Below, piece after piece: positions 1 through 9,071 of a stretch of DNA of 64,000 bases. Numbering within the stretch: position 1 is the stretch's first letter; each line of letters opens with the position of its first letter. A model generated the notes under the pieces. The model was not told the origin of the DNA, made no database searches, and saw only the letters and a program-made list of their open reading frames with translations. Position numbers and translations under genes: made by a program. The stretch is taken from the IMG/VR virus record IMGVR_UViG_3300042307_000844. The stretch is one strand, 5' to 3'. This DNA is from a virus. Its lineage: Duplodnaviria; Caudoviricetes.

Positions 1-756
1 ATGAAGGGGAGGGGGATAAGCACCAATGAAAATAAACTGATACTTGTGGCGATTATCAATGATGAATTTCAGAACATGGGAGAAATCATCCTGTTGTCCC
101 GTGACATTCTTCACATCAAAGTGCGCTCCCGATCCTGAATAAAGGATGCGTGGTTTCTTTTTATTTCTATCAAAATTCTGGATGACCTTACCATAATTAT
201 AGTGATGTCCAATCCACCATTCGGGGGGGAAATTGGGGACTACTGAAGTCTTCTGTTGTCCCGTCTTCTCGATGAAAAGATCACGCATGTATTTACATGT
301 CACTGTCACCTCATCCGCCATGTTCATCATGTCCACACAGTTCTGACGAATCTCATCGGAAGCAAATGCATGTTTATATGAATTATAATCAGGAATCTCT
401 TCGTGGAATACCACATCATCCACCTCATAGACAATCTTAAATCCGCATTCGGGTTGGATGCTCTTGAGGAATTTGAAGAACTCCTTCTGTTGAGTGGAAC
501 ACTGACGTTGCAGCTTGATGGTTTTTACATCCTGATACCAATCCTTGTTGAGAACCATTTTGGTGATTGTGGTGGAGTCTCCCAATCCGCACATATTGAT
601 GTGATTCTCACTCCATCCTATACGATATTGACCACAACCTCCCCTGTCGGCGGCAAAGTTTAGATAAGTATTACCCCTTTTAGGGGGTTCTTGAGTGGGG
701 GTTTTTACCGAATAGGGATTCTTAGGAAAAGGACTGCTGAATGGCTGAACAAACAT
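1..756 (-). CDS. Glycosyltransferase-like protein (GT-B/GT4-like), truncated by the window start; missing from the ORF track
   Basis: Manual translation from ATG at 756: MFVQPFSSPFPKNP...GGCGQYRIGW...KIVYEVDDVVF...ADEVTVTCKYMRD...VVPNFPPEWW...KPRILYSGSGAH. The frame is open to position 1. GCGxYR, YEVDD and V-T-V-T motifs are typical of phage GT-B proteins. Confidence 0.65.
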   Translation of the reverse strand, partial: MFVQPFSSPFPKNPYSVKTPTQEPPKRGNTYLNFAADRGGCGQYRIGWSENHINMCGLGDSTTITKMVLNKDWYQDVKTIKLQRQCSTQQKEFFKFLKSIQPECGFKIVYEVDDVVFHEEIPDYNSYKHAFASDEIRQNCVDMMNMADEVTVTCKYMRDLFIEKTGQQKTSVVPNFPPEWWIGHHYNYGKVIQNFDRNKKKPRILYSGSGAHFDVKNVTGQQDDFSHVLKFIIDNRHKYQFIFIGAYPPPLH

Positions 757-785
757 GTAGAGATTTATCCATATTTATACATTTG

Positions 786-1658
786 TCAATTGTTTATTCT
801 TCTAGTAATCCCACCTTCTTTTTCAAGTTCAATAATTGATCCCGTGACTTGTTTCAATATTTCCTTTCTATGGGAAATTGCATAAACAGCCAAATCGTTC
901 TTTTCAATTCTTTTTTTGACGAGTTCTACCAATAAATCAAACCCCCTCTCATCAAACGCCGCGTCAAAAACCTCATCTATCCATTCCACGTTAGATGACA
1001 CTCCTGAAATCTTCCTTTTCAAATCCTTGAATGCCCATGCACACGCGAGATCGACAGTTCTGCGTTCTCCACCGCTCAGATTCCAGTAAGAAATTTCCTT
1101 GCCCTTGTCATTGGAAAGCTGTTCATCAAAGTATTCATCGAATTTACAACGAATGGACATACCAAGATCATTAATATATTGCTGGATACTTGCGTTCATC
1201 ATGGAAAGGAGTCTCTTCACCACAAAGCTACGGACACCTTCTTCTCCCAGAACGAATTTACACACCTCATAATCTTCCGATTTCTGCTTGAGCAATAGGA
1301 AATTATCACGTTCCGTGTCATATCTCTCCTGCGTCTTGATGATATTCTCCTCAAAAGCTGGTTTGGGTAATTCATCCAACTTCAAATTATCCAGAGATTC
1401 CTTGTATTGTTTGAGACTAATTTCCAGACCTTCCAATTTCTGCTTGGTGACTTTAGCTTCGTTGATTTGGTCTTGAAATTCAGCTACCTTTTGTTGAACC
1501 TTTTCTTTTTTGGAATGAAATTGGGATTTATCTTCCTTCAATTTATCAATTTCCTCAACAATATTATCCAATTCGGATTGATATTGCTCCTTCATTTTCT
1601 CCAGATGTTCCACATGTGTATGGGGAATTTCTTGAAGGCACTTGTCACATTTAATCAT
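786..1658 (-). CDS. gp46: gp46 (Rad50/SbcC-like ATPase), C-terminal half: zinc hook, coiled coil, ABC signature, Walker B
   Basis: CDKC hook, NLSGGERRTVDLA signature, WIDEVFDAAFD Walker B/D-loop, YAISHR H-loop. Confidence 0.92.
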   Translation of the reverse strand: MIKCDKCLQEIPHTHVEHLEKMKEQYQSELDNIVEEIDKLKEDKSQFHSKKEKVQQKVAEFQDQINEAKVTKQKLEGLEISLKQYKESLDNLKLDELPKPAFEENIIKTQERYDTERDNFLLLKQKSEDYEVCKFVLGEEGVRSFVVKRLLSMMNASIQQYINDLGMSIRCKFDEYFDEQLSNDKGKEISYWNLSGGERRTVDLACAWAFKDLKRKISGVSSNVEWIDEVFDAAFDERGFDLLVELVKKRIEKNDLAVYAISHRKEILKQVTGSIIELEKEGGITRRINN

Positions 1659-1959
1659 TTTTCAAAATTTCGTTTAAATCTTTTCTCTCCGTTTTGCATA
1701 TAGCAAAAACACGATCAATCATTCTATTAGCGTTAGGTAACAATTTATAGGTTTTAAATTTATTCAACAAATCATATAATTTAGACATTCTAATATAATC
1801 ACCATCAGATTTTTCATTATCTAAAACATTTAGAAAATCTTCAATAGATGTCAACTTACCCCAATCCAATGAATAAGGAATTTGTGTAAAATGAGATTGA
1901 TGGTTTATCCAGTGTTCAACCCTACTTTTTTCAATAACGAATATTGGTTGTTTTTTCAT
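1651..1959 (-). CDS. Hypothetical 102-aa protein inserted between the two halves of gp46
   Basis: ORF overlaps the stop of the N-half (ATGA) and the start of the C-half; no recognisable motif. Confidence 0.7.
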   Translation of the reverse strand: MKKQPIFVIEKSRVEHWINHQSHFTQIPYSLDWGKLTSIEDFLNVLDNEKSDGDYIRMSKLYDLLNKFKTYKLLPNANRMIDRVFAICKTERKDLNEILKND

Positions 1960-2873
1960 ATCACTTTCTCAATTTGTTCAATTTCTTTCACCTTCAGCTT
2001 CCTCAAAGTCTCCTTGGAAGAGATTTCGTTATTCACATGACCGATCTTTCCATCCAGCTTTCTCCAAGCATCATCCCACTTCTCTTTCTCCGTTTGGATG
2101 GTAGAAATATCCATAATAGATGTTTTAGCAATCTTTTCAGATGTTTCATCAATCTTTTCCTGAATTTCTTTGCGCTTTTGATCAAGAATCGCTTCCCGCT
2201 CTTGGACTTTCTTCAAATAATCTTCTTGCTGCTTGTTTAGGGTTTCCAATGTGTTATTGATTTCTTCCAACTTGGCAGAAGAAATGTTCATCTCCCCTTT
2301 ATTATCACGAATCAAAGTCTTCAATTCGTTGCTCATCTTACCAAAGACTTCCAGAGAGAAAATGTCATTGATGAACTTGCGCTTCTCTTCAGGTTTCTTT
2401 GCCATGAATGGGATGTTATCCGAAAGAGATAAAATATCACAACTACGACAAATCACAGGATTGGAACCGATCAAATCACAGATGAATTTGTCGGTGTTGG
2501 CAATGGAATCCTTGGTGATGTCTTCCTCGCATCTCAGAAGCGTCACAGTGCTTGGTTTGACTTGCCGCTTTATCGTGTATGTCTGAACGTCTTGCTCCGT
2601 CTCTACGTCGAACGTAAGCTCAATGGCACCCTTTCCTTTGGTGATGTTGTTGATGATGAAATCCTTTTTAATTTCACGGATGGTTTTACCGAATAATGCG
2701 AAATAGAAAAGTTCGGCCATAACTGATTTTCCAATACCGTTCACACGATCTGGATTATCAATATTCCTACCAGTGATCAGATTAAATCCTGATTGGAAGT
2801 CAACCGATATTTGGTCATTTCCCACACTGAGGAAATTTTGACCTTTTAAATTTTTATAAATTATTCGTCTCAT
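1956..2873 (-). CDS. gp46: gp46 (Rad50/SbcC-like ATPase), N-terminal half: Walker A and coiled coil
   Basis: KGQNFLSVGN, LITGRN...NGIGKS Walker A, YFALFGK, ERKFINDIFSLEVF-like segment followed by a coiled coil. Confidence 0.92.
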   Translation of the reverse strand: MRRIIYKNLKGQNFLSVGNDQISVDFQSGFNLITGRNIDNPDRVNGIGKSVMAELFYFALFGKTIREIKKDFIINNITKGKGAIELTFDVETEQDVQTYTIKRQVKPSTVTLLRCEEDITKDSIANTDKFICDLIGSNPVICRSCDILSLSDNIPFMAKKPEEKRKFINDIFSLEVFGKMSNELKTLIRDNKGEMNISSAKLEEINNTLETLNKQQEDYLKKVQEREAILDQKRKEIQEKIDETSEKIAKTSIMDISTIQTEKEKWDDAWRKLDGKIGHVNNEISSKETLRKLKVKEIEQIEKVI

Positions 2874-2882
2874 ATTATTTTA

Positions 2883-3083
2883 TCATCCGCATTGTTTCAT
2901 TTTTTGGATAACTTCTTTATCAATCTCTTCTTGAATAATATCACGAAATATTTGCATTTCAATTGAATTGAACGCTTCATCATATTCTTCCTGTGTGTAA
3001 TCCTTATACCACCTACCAGTGTGGTCTTCATACACCCGAATATAACCATCCTTTACGGGAAATTCCTCATCTACACTTTTCAT
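2883..3083 (-). CDS. Hypothetical protein between gp47 and gp46
   Basis: Operonic ORF at a position where T4-like phages often carry a small gene. Confidence 0.6.
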   Translation of the reverse strand: MKSVDEEFPVKDGYIRVYEDHTGRWYKDYTQEEYDEAFNSIEMQIFRDIIQEEIDKEVIQKMKQCG

Positions 3084-4086
3084 ACAATTCGTCGTTGATT
3101 TTTTTAACTCTTACCAATTTATCTGGTTCTAAATTCAATTGTTCATAGAACTCGTCAAACATTCCCACAATATCAATGGAATCCACCTGTTCAACATCCC
3201 CGATTGTCTTGGTTGCCACGTTGTATTCCGTTGTGAGGCGGAATGGAGCAAAGTTGGACAGGTAAATCTTTAACTTCTCCACCTTATCATCATCCATCTC
3301 CTTGTCAATGATCAGCTTTACGATGTTTCCTTCCACATCCTCCGCTTTGTAGTCCTTAATCTTGGACAGGGGAATTTTGATAAATTCTGGAGACACCGTA
3401 TTCTTCACGAATTCCACCGAATCATCTTCCAGATTCAGAATGTGATAGCCCTTATCATCTCCGCAATCGTTGAAATCGTGGGGAAAGGTATTGCCAATAT
3501 AGCGGATTGTTCCCTCATTGTATTTCTTGATACTCTTAGTATGGAAATGACCAGACCAAACGTTGGTTGTTCGGGATGCTAGGAAATCCATAACTTGGAA
3601 TCCATGATCACAAACCTTGTAATTGTTCATCTGAAATGATTGAATTTCAAAGTGTCCAAAGATGTGATCAAATTTACCTTCCGGCAATTCATGGTTCCAT
3701 GGAACGAATAGCAATTTCTTACCAAACGCATCAAATTCCAAATTCTGGTCAATGATGGTGATGTTATCATGACCCTTGAGGAATCCCAAGCTATGGACAT
3801 CGGAACGGTTCTTGTAGAACGCATCGTGGTTGCCAATCACCATAAAGAGGTTGAAATTCTTGAATTTGGCGATCAATTCGGATGCAACGTGAATTGTCTG
3901 AACGGAAATCTCCGAACGGTTGTGGAAGAAATCACCAAGGAAAAAGATGTCTGAAATCTTCTTTTTCTTTAAATCAGCGACGATCCAATCAGCCCATTTT
4001 AAGGCTATCTCATGCCACTCCGTCGAATTTCCATATAGACCCAAATGAAGGTCTGAAAATAATGCTACTTTATTTTTCTTTATCAT
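3067..4086 (-). CDS. gp47: gp47 recombination endonuclease (Mre11/SbcD-like metallophosphoesterase)
   Basis: SDLHLG, LGDFFHNR, IGNHD, FGHFE, SGHFH, YIGN motifs; likely start MIKKNK at 4086. Confidence 0.93.
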   Translation of the reverse strand: MIKKNKVALFSDLHLGLYGNSTEWHEIALKWADWIVADLKKKKISDIFFLGDFFHNRSEISVQTIHVASELIAKFKNFNLFMVIGNHDAFYKNRSDVHSLGFLKGHDNITIIDQNLEFDAFGKKLLFVPWNHELPEGKFDHIFGHFEIQSFQMNNYKVCDHGFQVMDFLASRTTNVWSGHFHTKSIKKYNEGTIRYIGNTFPHDFNDCGDDKGYHILNLEDDSVEFVKNTVSPEFIKIPLSKIKDYKAEDVEGNIVKLIIDKEMDDDKVEKLKIYLSNFAPFRLTTEYNVATKTIGDVEQVDSIDIVGMFDEFYEQLNLEPDKLVRVKKINDELYEKCR

Positions 4087-4357
4087 ATTCTTTTGCTGTT
4101 TCATTAAGCACATCTCCAATATTTCGGAAAAAACTTTCAATGTGGTAGTTATCTCTCCACATCATATCTCGTCCAAAAGACGGTGTATATTGATCAATAA
4201 TTTTAGCAGATTTCTGCTGAACCCTGTCGAGATAATCCTTTCTCACTTCGTTCAATAATTCATCCTTGTCGTATTCTGATCGAATCAATCCTTCCACTTT
4301 TTCAATCAACAATCTCTGATCAAGAGATGCTTGCGATTTAATTTGTTGTAAGTTCAT
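4070..4357 (-). CDS. Hypothetical protein between gp55 and gp47
   Basis: Operonic ORF; the start could be 4378 or 4357. Confidence 0.6.
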   Translation of the reverse strand: MNLQQIKSQASLDQRLLIEKVEGLIRSEYDKDELLNEVRKDYLDRVQQKSAKIIDQYTPSFGRDMMWRDNYHIESFFRNIGDVLNETAKEYDKEK

Positions 4358-4358
4358 G

Positions 4359-4808
4359 CTATTCGTCATCATACTCATCTCCCTCCAAATTCGGTTTCAC
4401 ATATACATGTCCCATGGAATCCGGCCCACTCATGCTTTCCATATACACCATCTCCTTGTAATCCTCCAGACCCTTGTGTTGACCGTTTTCCTTCTTGATG
4501 CGGTTACAGAAAGCGTTCCAAGCAATGCGGTTGAAATAGGAAAATGGGTTGTATTCCGATTCGATGTTATAGAGCTTCTTTTCCAAAGCTGCATACATTT
4601 TCAACACCGCATCCCCGACCATTTCCTGTTTCCAAGACTTGGAATAACGGATGAAATTGATCTTGTATGACAATCCCTCCGCAATATTCATCAAATGGAC
4701 ACCCAATTCATCCAAATTCTCCCCCGTTTCATAATACTCAACCAATTGCTGTTTGAAGAGCTTGGAATTGACATAATGGGGTTTCTTAGCGTTTTTGTTT
4801 TCCGTCAT
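4359..4808 (-). CDS. gp55: gp55 late-transcription sigma factor
   Basis: HYVNSKLFKQQL, IAEGLSYKINFIRYS, EMVGDA, NPFSYFNRIAWNAFCNRIKKE are hallmark gp55 segments; synteny uvsW-55-47-46. Confidence 0.92.
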   Translation of the reverse strand: MTENKNAKKPHYVNSKLFKQQLVEYYETGENLDELGVHLMNIAEGLSYKINFIRYSKSWKQEMVGDAVLKMYAALEKKLYNIESEYNPFSYFNRIAWNAFCNRIKKENGQHKGLEDYKEMVYMESMSGPDSMGHVYVKPNLEGDEYDDE

Positions 4809-6223
4809 ATATTAATAGCAATTTCTTTAGATCGCCACACGATCTGTTCCTTATCATAAATCTCCTGCCTATGTAACGCATGGGAATAAGAATACTTTAA
4901 ATTATCTGATACATCAATGATGCGGAGCTTGGATTTGTTATCATGCAACCGGAGTCCCCGACCAATGGATTGCACGACCCGAATGAATGATTTACCAAGT
5001 CCCGCAAATATGATATTTGGGAGATTCTTGATATTAATACCAGTTGAAAAAATGGATGCCATTGCAATACAAATGATATTATCATTCTTTTCCATCATGT
5101 CAATTATTTTCTTTCTTTCTTCGACTTCCATTTCCCCCTTAACAAAGAACACTCTCTTATCAGATCGGGAACGCACAATATGTAATAACTGATCCCCATG
5201 ATCAAGGTGATTAACCATGATAAGGGTATTACCAATAAGTGCATCAGATAATTTAGCGATGATTTGATTTCTTTTTTCGTGTTTGTATAGATATTCCAGT
5301 TCATCTTTATATTTAAATTTTTTGGTTTTTGGGTGATTGAGTTGTAGAGACGTAATTTCCACATCAGAAATATATCCCTCATCCCTAAGTTCTTTGGATT
5401 TCTTCTCATATATCACGGAGCCAAATGTTCCAATTGTCTTCCATTGATCAATGGGCTTATCAGAAAGGGTTCCCGTGAAACCGAATTTATTGGGAGTGTG
5501 GATTTTGTTTATGATTTTGGAAATCTGATTATCGGCTGAAATTTTATGACATTCATCGGTTATGAGCAGATTTACGCTCAAAATCCATGGATTGTCGGTA
5601 AATTGAGAAAGAAGGTTCTCAGAATTGCATATCACAACTTGGGTATCCTGCGGTTCCGTCCCTCCTGTCCATCCTGAATACGTGAATGTCACGCCATAAT
5701 CTTCAAAATCACCCTGTAATTGGTTCACAAGAGATAGACCGGGGACTACTATGAGACATTTGAATGTATCATTTGATACGTTTCTCGTATAATTTTCTAT
5801 GAGAAGTGCCTGTGCCAGAGATTTTCCGGCAGATGTCGCAAGTAGAAACGTCCCAAATCCTTTTTTCAGACCAGCAATCACTGAATCCTTCTGATAATAT
5901 CGGGCATCGTATTTCAAATCATCCCAAAATTCCTCAATCACCACCCCGCACTTCAATCTCTTCTTGAAATCATCAGTTAGGGATATATCGGTGATCTGGT
6001 TATCCCTGAGATATTTCAGAATCTCCCCATGGAATCCAAAATCAAACAAACCAGATGGTGTGATGGCATACTTGCGATCCTTGACGAACCGATGTCCTTT
6101 CTTCTTGGCGAAGAATGCCCCATCATTCTTGGCGGAAAAATGATTACGAATCATCCCAAGGGTGTCAGAATCGGTGATGATCTGCCCCTGCCTTTTGGAT
6201 GGTTTGTAGTCAAGGGTTATCAT
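4805..6223 (-). CDS. uvsW: UvsW SF2 DNA/RNA helicase
   Basis: LATSAGKS, VPGLSLVNQ, DECH, FGFTGTL, FSTGINIKNL, QSIGRGLR. Confidence 0.93.
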   Translation of the reverse strand: MITLDYKPSKRQGQIITDSDTLGMIRNHFSAKNDGAFFAKKKGHRFVKDRKYAITPSGLFDFGFHGEILKYLRDNQITDISLTDDFKKRLKCGVVIEEFWDDLKYDARYYQKDSVIAGLKKGFGTFLLATSAGKSLAQALLIENYTRNVSNDTFKCLIVVPGLSLVNQLQGDFEDYGVTFTYSGWTGGTEPQDTQVVICNSENLLSQFTDNPWILSVNLLITDECHKISADNQISKIINKIHTPNKFGFTGTLSDKPIDQWKTIGTFGSVIYEKKSKELRDEGYISDVEITSLQLNHPKTKKFKYKDELEYLYKHEKRNQIIAKLSDALIGNTLIMVNHLDHGDQLLHIVRSRSDKRVFFVKGEMEVEERKKIIDMMEKNDNIICIAMASIFSTGINIKNLPNIIFAGLGKSFIRVVQSIGRGLRLHDNKSKLRIIDVSDNLKYSYSHALHRQEIYDKEQIVWRSKEIAINI

Positions 6224-6622
6224 TTAAGATTCTTGGAGAGTCTTGATACTGATTATATTTTTAATATCTTGGGAAATGAAAGTGATCAGACTCACCACCC
6301 TATCGAGATATTCCACCAGATACTCTTGTTCCTTGATCTTCTGGTTGATGTTCTCCAGCGATGGGGTCTTGTCCAGATCGTCCATCACTTGCTTGTTGAG
6401 AGCCACTGGAGACTCCTCCATCAGCTTCTTCTGAAGTGTGTGCTTGGTGGATGCCTTGAGCTTGTAGAGATTGTCCTTTTCGATCTTCGCATCGATTAGA
6501 CGGCATACCCAGAAATGTTTCTCTGCGGGAACTCTCTTAGTGACACCCTCCAGCGTGAAGTCGTCAATTTTAACGAACTCTTCGAATTGTGTTTGGTATT
6601 TTTTAATCAACTCAAGCGACAT
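6224..6622 (-). CDS. uvsY: UvsY-like recombination mediator
   Basis: 132 aa, helical, directly upstream of uvsW; C-terminal I-K-N-I-I segment resembles UvsY. Confidence 0.7.
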   Translation of the reverse strand: MSLELIKKYQTQFEEFVKIDDFTLEGVTKRVPAEKHFWVCRLIDAKIEKDNLYKLKASTKHTLQKKLMEESPVALNKQVMDDLDKTPSLENINQKIKEQEYLVEYLDRVVSLITFISQDIKNIISIKTLQES

Positions 6623-6629
6623 ATATTAA

Positions 6630-6657
6630 ATAGTAACATGGAATACTCTCGTGTCAA
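6630..6657 (-). promoter_or_regulatory. Sigma70-type early/middle promoter of the uvsY operon (TTGACA-N16-TACTAT), 7 nt before the ATG
   Basis: Reverse complement reads ttgaca cgagagtattccatgt tactat ttaatat ATG, with an extended TG. Confidence 0.75.
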
Positions 6658-6886
6658 GGATGAAAAGAATATCGCAAATATTTATCAACAAATGCTTAAT
6701 GAGGATATGACAAGCGGTGGTGCGTTTGGTGGTGATATTGCGGGTCATGCTGGAATGGAGAACACGGATTGGTTTGCACCGGGGGATGCCAGAAACCCGT
6801 ATGGAATGGGAATCACTACGAGAAGTGGTCAATTGAGTGCGAAAAAAGGTAAGAAACGTAAGAAAAAGCGTGTTCAGAAACAATAA
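6638..6886 (+). CDS. Small late protein with a basic C-terminus (candidate internal head protein)
   Basis: TAAATA-N5-ATG at 6627-6638; MEYSRVKDEKNIANIYQQMLNED...DWFAPGDARNP...KKGKKRKKKR. Confidence 0.7.
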   Translation: MEYSRVKDEKNIANIYQQMLNEDMTSGGAFGGDIAGHAGMENTDWFAPGDARNPYGMGITTRSGQLSAKKGKKRKKKRVQKQ

Positions 6887-7226
6887 TTTTTGTACATAAG
6901 ACCAAGCCCGCCCACCACCCCTAATTATATTCGCCATATTGATTTGTCAATAGTGTAATATGAATTATTTTCAAGTTTTTTCAATTATTGTTCATCTATT
7001 CCCACCCTCCTCCCTATACCTTAACATGACTATTTCAAAAGTCAATACCTTATAATTAATTAGCTTATTATTAGATATTGATTAGATATTAACTATGATT
7101 AAAGATAACTAAAGAAAGAAACAAAGAAAAAAAAATTAATTCTAATAAATACAATCAATCAGCTTACCAAAGCGTACCAACGCTTATCATTAGATATTGA
7201 TTTAGATTAATTATAATTAAATATAA
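6887..7226. other. 340-bp non-coding region with tandem leftward promoters, G-rich tracts and AT-rich repeats; candidate replication origin
   Basis: TTGACT-N16-TAAGGT (7045-7018) and TTGACA-N15-TATAAT (6950-6924) on the minus strand; gcttat(t/c)attagatattgatt occurs twice (near 7063 and 7182); A-tracts. Confidence 0.45.
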
Positions 7227-7697
7227 ATGGAAAAAATTTTGGAAACCGCCCCACAAATCACCACTTGGAAGAATTTCCCAACCGATACGGAAGGTGTTGT
7301 GGGATTTGTTTACCTCATCCGCAACAATCATCCAGAATCTACACGCAAATATTACATCGGTAAGAAACAGCTTCTCAAGCGTGTGAAGCGCAAACCATTG
7401 AAAGGTAAGACACGCAATCGCATTTCATTTGTGGACAATGATGTGGAGAAGTATTGGGGATCGTCCAAAGAACTCCTGAATGATATTGAGAAATATGGGA
7501 TTGAGCATTTTTCAAGGGAAGTGATAGAGGTGTGTTACTCAAAATTCCATATGACGTATTCGGAACTACTGTGGCAGATCAAAACCAATTCATTAATGGA
7601 TCAAAGATTCTACAATGGCATTCTAAATGTTAGGATTTCGAAGATACCCAAAGGATTTGTTGACATTGAACGTGATCCTGCTATTTTGAAGCTGTGA
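7227..7697 (+). CDS. GIY-YIG endonuclease (short type conserved in T4-like phages)
   Basis: GFVYLIRN...YYIGKK, YWGSS, FSREVIE, FYNGILNVR. Confidence 0.85.
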   Translation: MEKILETAPQITTWKNFPTDTEGVVGFVYLIRNNHPESTRKYYIGKKQLLKRVKRKPLKGKTRNRISFVDNDVEKYWGSSKELLNDIEKYGIEHFSREVIEVCYSKFHMTYSELLWQIKTNSLMDQRFYNGILNVRISKIPKGFVDIERDPAILKL

Positions 7698-8194
7698 CAA
7701 GGATTCAATTTCAAAATAGAAAGATCATCGACATTGATGAGATATTTCGGGATACGAATGGAAATTTCGCAATCCTTTTGGAATCCCTTGGATTGACCAC
7801 CACCTTTGATTTCTCCAAGCGCAATAACCAAAAATTATACACCCACGAGTTCATCAAGACCACAACACAATTCCTGAAATACAACACCCACACGGATTTC
7901 ATTTTCTTTTCCAATGCTCTTACCAAGGACAAGTTCCGCAATCGACTTTTGGCTAAAATCCGGCGAATCTTCAAGATAAGGATTTGGGAAGCCAATTATG
8001 ATTTGGAGCATTTAAAATACCTGATTGATATTCGGGACTGTTCCACCATCTCTGGATTGGAAATGGCATTTTCGGATCGCAAACCCCCATCGTTCCGCAA
8101 GATTTCCAAATATCTGGAAAAGGAAGGTCTGACATTCCTAAATGAAAAATACTTTCAAGATGTGGTAAACAAAATGATAATTTTCAATCATTAA
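7694..8194 (+). CDS. Hypothetical protein
   Basis: ORF coupled to the upstream stop; no motif recognised. Confidence 0.65.
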   Translation: MTRIQFQNRKIIDIDEIFRDTNGNFAILLESLGLTTTFDFSKRNNQKLYTHEFIKTTTQFLKYNTHTDFIFFSNALTKDKFRNRLLAKIRRIFKIRIWEANYDLEHLKYLIDIRDCSTISGLEMAFSDRKPPSFRKISKYLEKEGLTFLNEKYFQDVVNKMIIFNH

Positions 8195-8207
8195 TCTAAA
8201 TAGTATT

Positions 8208-8657
8208 ATGAGCAAATTTCTTGAGATTTTAGAACAACACGATCCTGCCAACCAATCCAAGATGGATGCGGCATTTCAGGCGAAATTCTTCCTTTATGAA
8301 CAAGAAGTCCCTTTCAGTTCCAAAGGTTCCCAAATCATCCTTCATGCGGAACAAGGGGATATTATTTTGGAAGCTGTGGGTATGCAAGCCCGTCAAGATA
8401 TGGGCGATCTCCCAGAGGAAGAACAACAAACAGTTGGTTCGTATGATATTGACGGAGAAGTTGAAAAATTGGGCGCAAAAGCATTAAGTCTTGGCCCAAT
8501 GGGTAAGCTTCTTGGGACGAAGGCACAGAAAGCGAAAGCGGCAGCTAAAGAGCGCGATAATGTTGCGGGTCAAGCGGTAGAACAGTATAAAAACAACACC
8601 AACAGCCTAAGAAAAGCGGTTGCAAAATCCAAAGCGAAAAAATTCAACGTTGTTTAA
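8208..8657 (+). CDS. Late hypothetical protein (candidate internal head protein)
   Basis: TAAATA-N5-ATG; N-terminal KFLEILEQ; Ala/Lys-rich C-terminus. Confidence 0.7.
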   Translation: MSKFLEILEQHDPANQSKMDAAFQAKFFLYEQEVPFSSKGSQIILHAEQGDIILEAVGMQARQDMGDLPEEEQQTVGSYDIDGEVEKLGAKALSLGPMGKLLGTKAQKAKAAAKERDNVAGQAVEQYKNNTNSLRKAVAKSKAKKFNVV

Positions 8658-8658
8658 C

Positions 8659-9063
8659 ATGAAATCTAAAACCTTACAATTAATCGCAAGATACCAAACC
8701 ATCTTGGAACAAGATGAGCAAAATCCTGAAGCTGGTATGGAACAAGCACCACCCCAAGAAGGACAATCTCCTGCACCAGAGATGCCTCCTGAAGAACCTC
8801 AAGAGACAATCCCCCTGAGTTCTCCCGCCGAAGTGCGTTACATGGAAGATGTGGTTCTAGCTGCTCTCATGGAACCCCCCAGTGGCACGGATCGCATTGC
8901 TTTGGAAAACATCCTAGATTTGCTACGCAGACCTGATAATATCAAGAGAATTCAAGCATCGGGACAAACCGCAAAGGATTTGTATCAATCAAAAGTTCTT
9001 CCAATTATCCGTCCTGCACAACAAGGACAGGACATTCGGGATAATTTAGATCAGATGGACTAA
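8659..9063 (+). CDS. Late hypothetical protein, Pro/Glu-rich N-terminal region
   Basis: Likely start MKSKTLQLIARYQTILEQ at 8659. Confidence 0.7.
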   Translation: MKSKTLQLIARYQTILEQDEQNPEAGMEQAPPQEGQSPAPEMPPEEPQETIPLSSPAEVRYMEDVVLAALMEPPSGTDRIALENILDLLRRPDNIKRIQASGQTAKDLYQSKVLPIIRPAQQGQDIRDNLDQMD

Positions 9064-9071
9064 ATAATATT

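Noticed and set aside
403-885. Plus-strand ORFs 403-663 and 691-885
   Set aside because: They are antisense to the truncated glycosyltransferase and gp46-C and have no motifs.
1654-1959. Group I/II intron or intein in gp46
   Set aside because: No intron core (P7 or domain V) or intein splice residues are seen. The insert is fully occupied by a coupled ORF, and the gp46 frame has stops inside it.
6626-6937. 103-aa minus-strand ORF in the track
   Set aside because: Its ATG lies between the -35 and -10 of the 6950 promoter, and it is antisense to the 6638 gene, which has a late promoter.
7040-7220. CRISPR-like array in the AT-rich repeats
   Set aside because: There are only two imperfect copies, no regular spacers and no cas genes.
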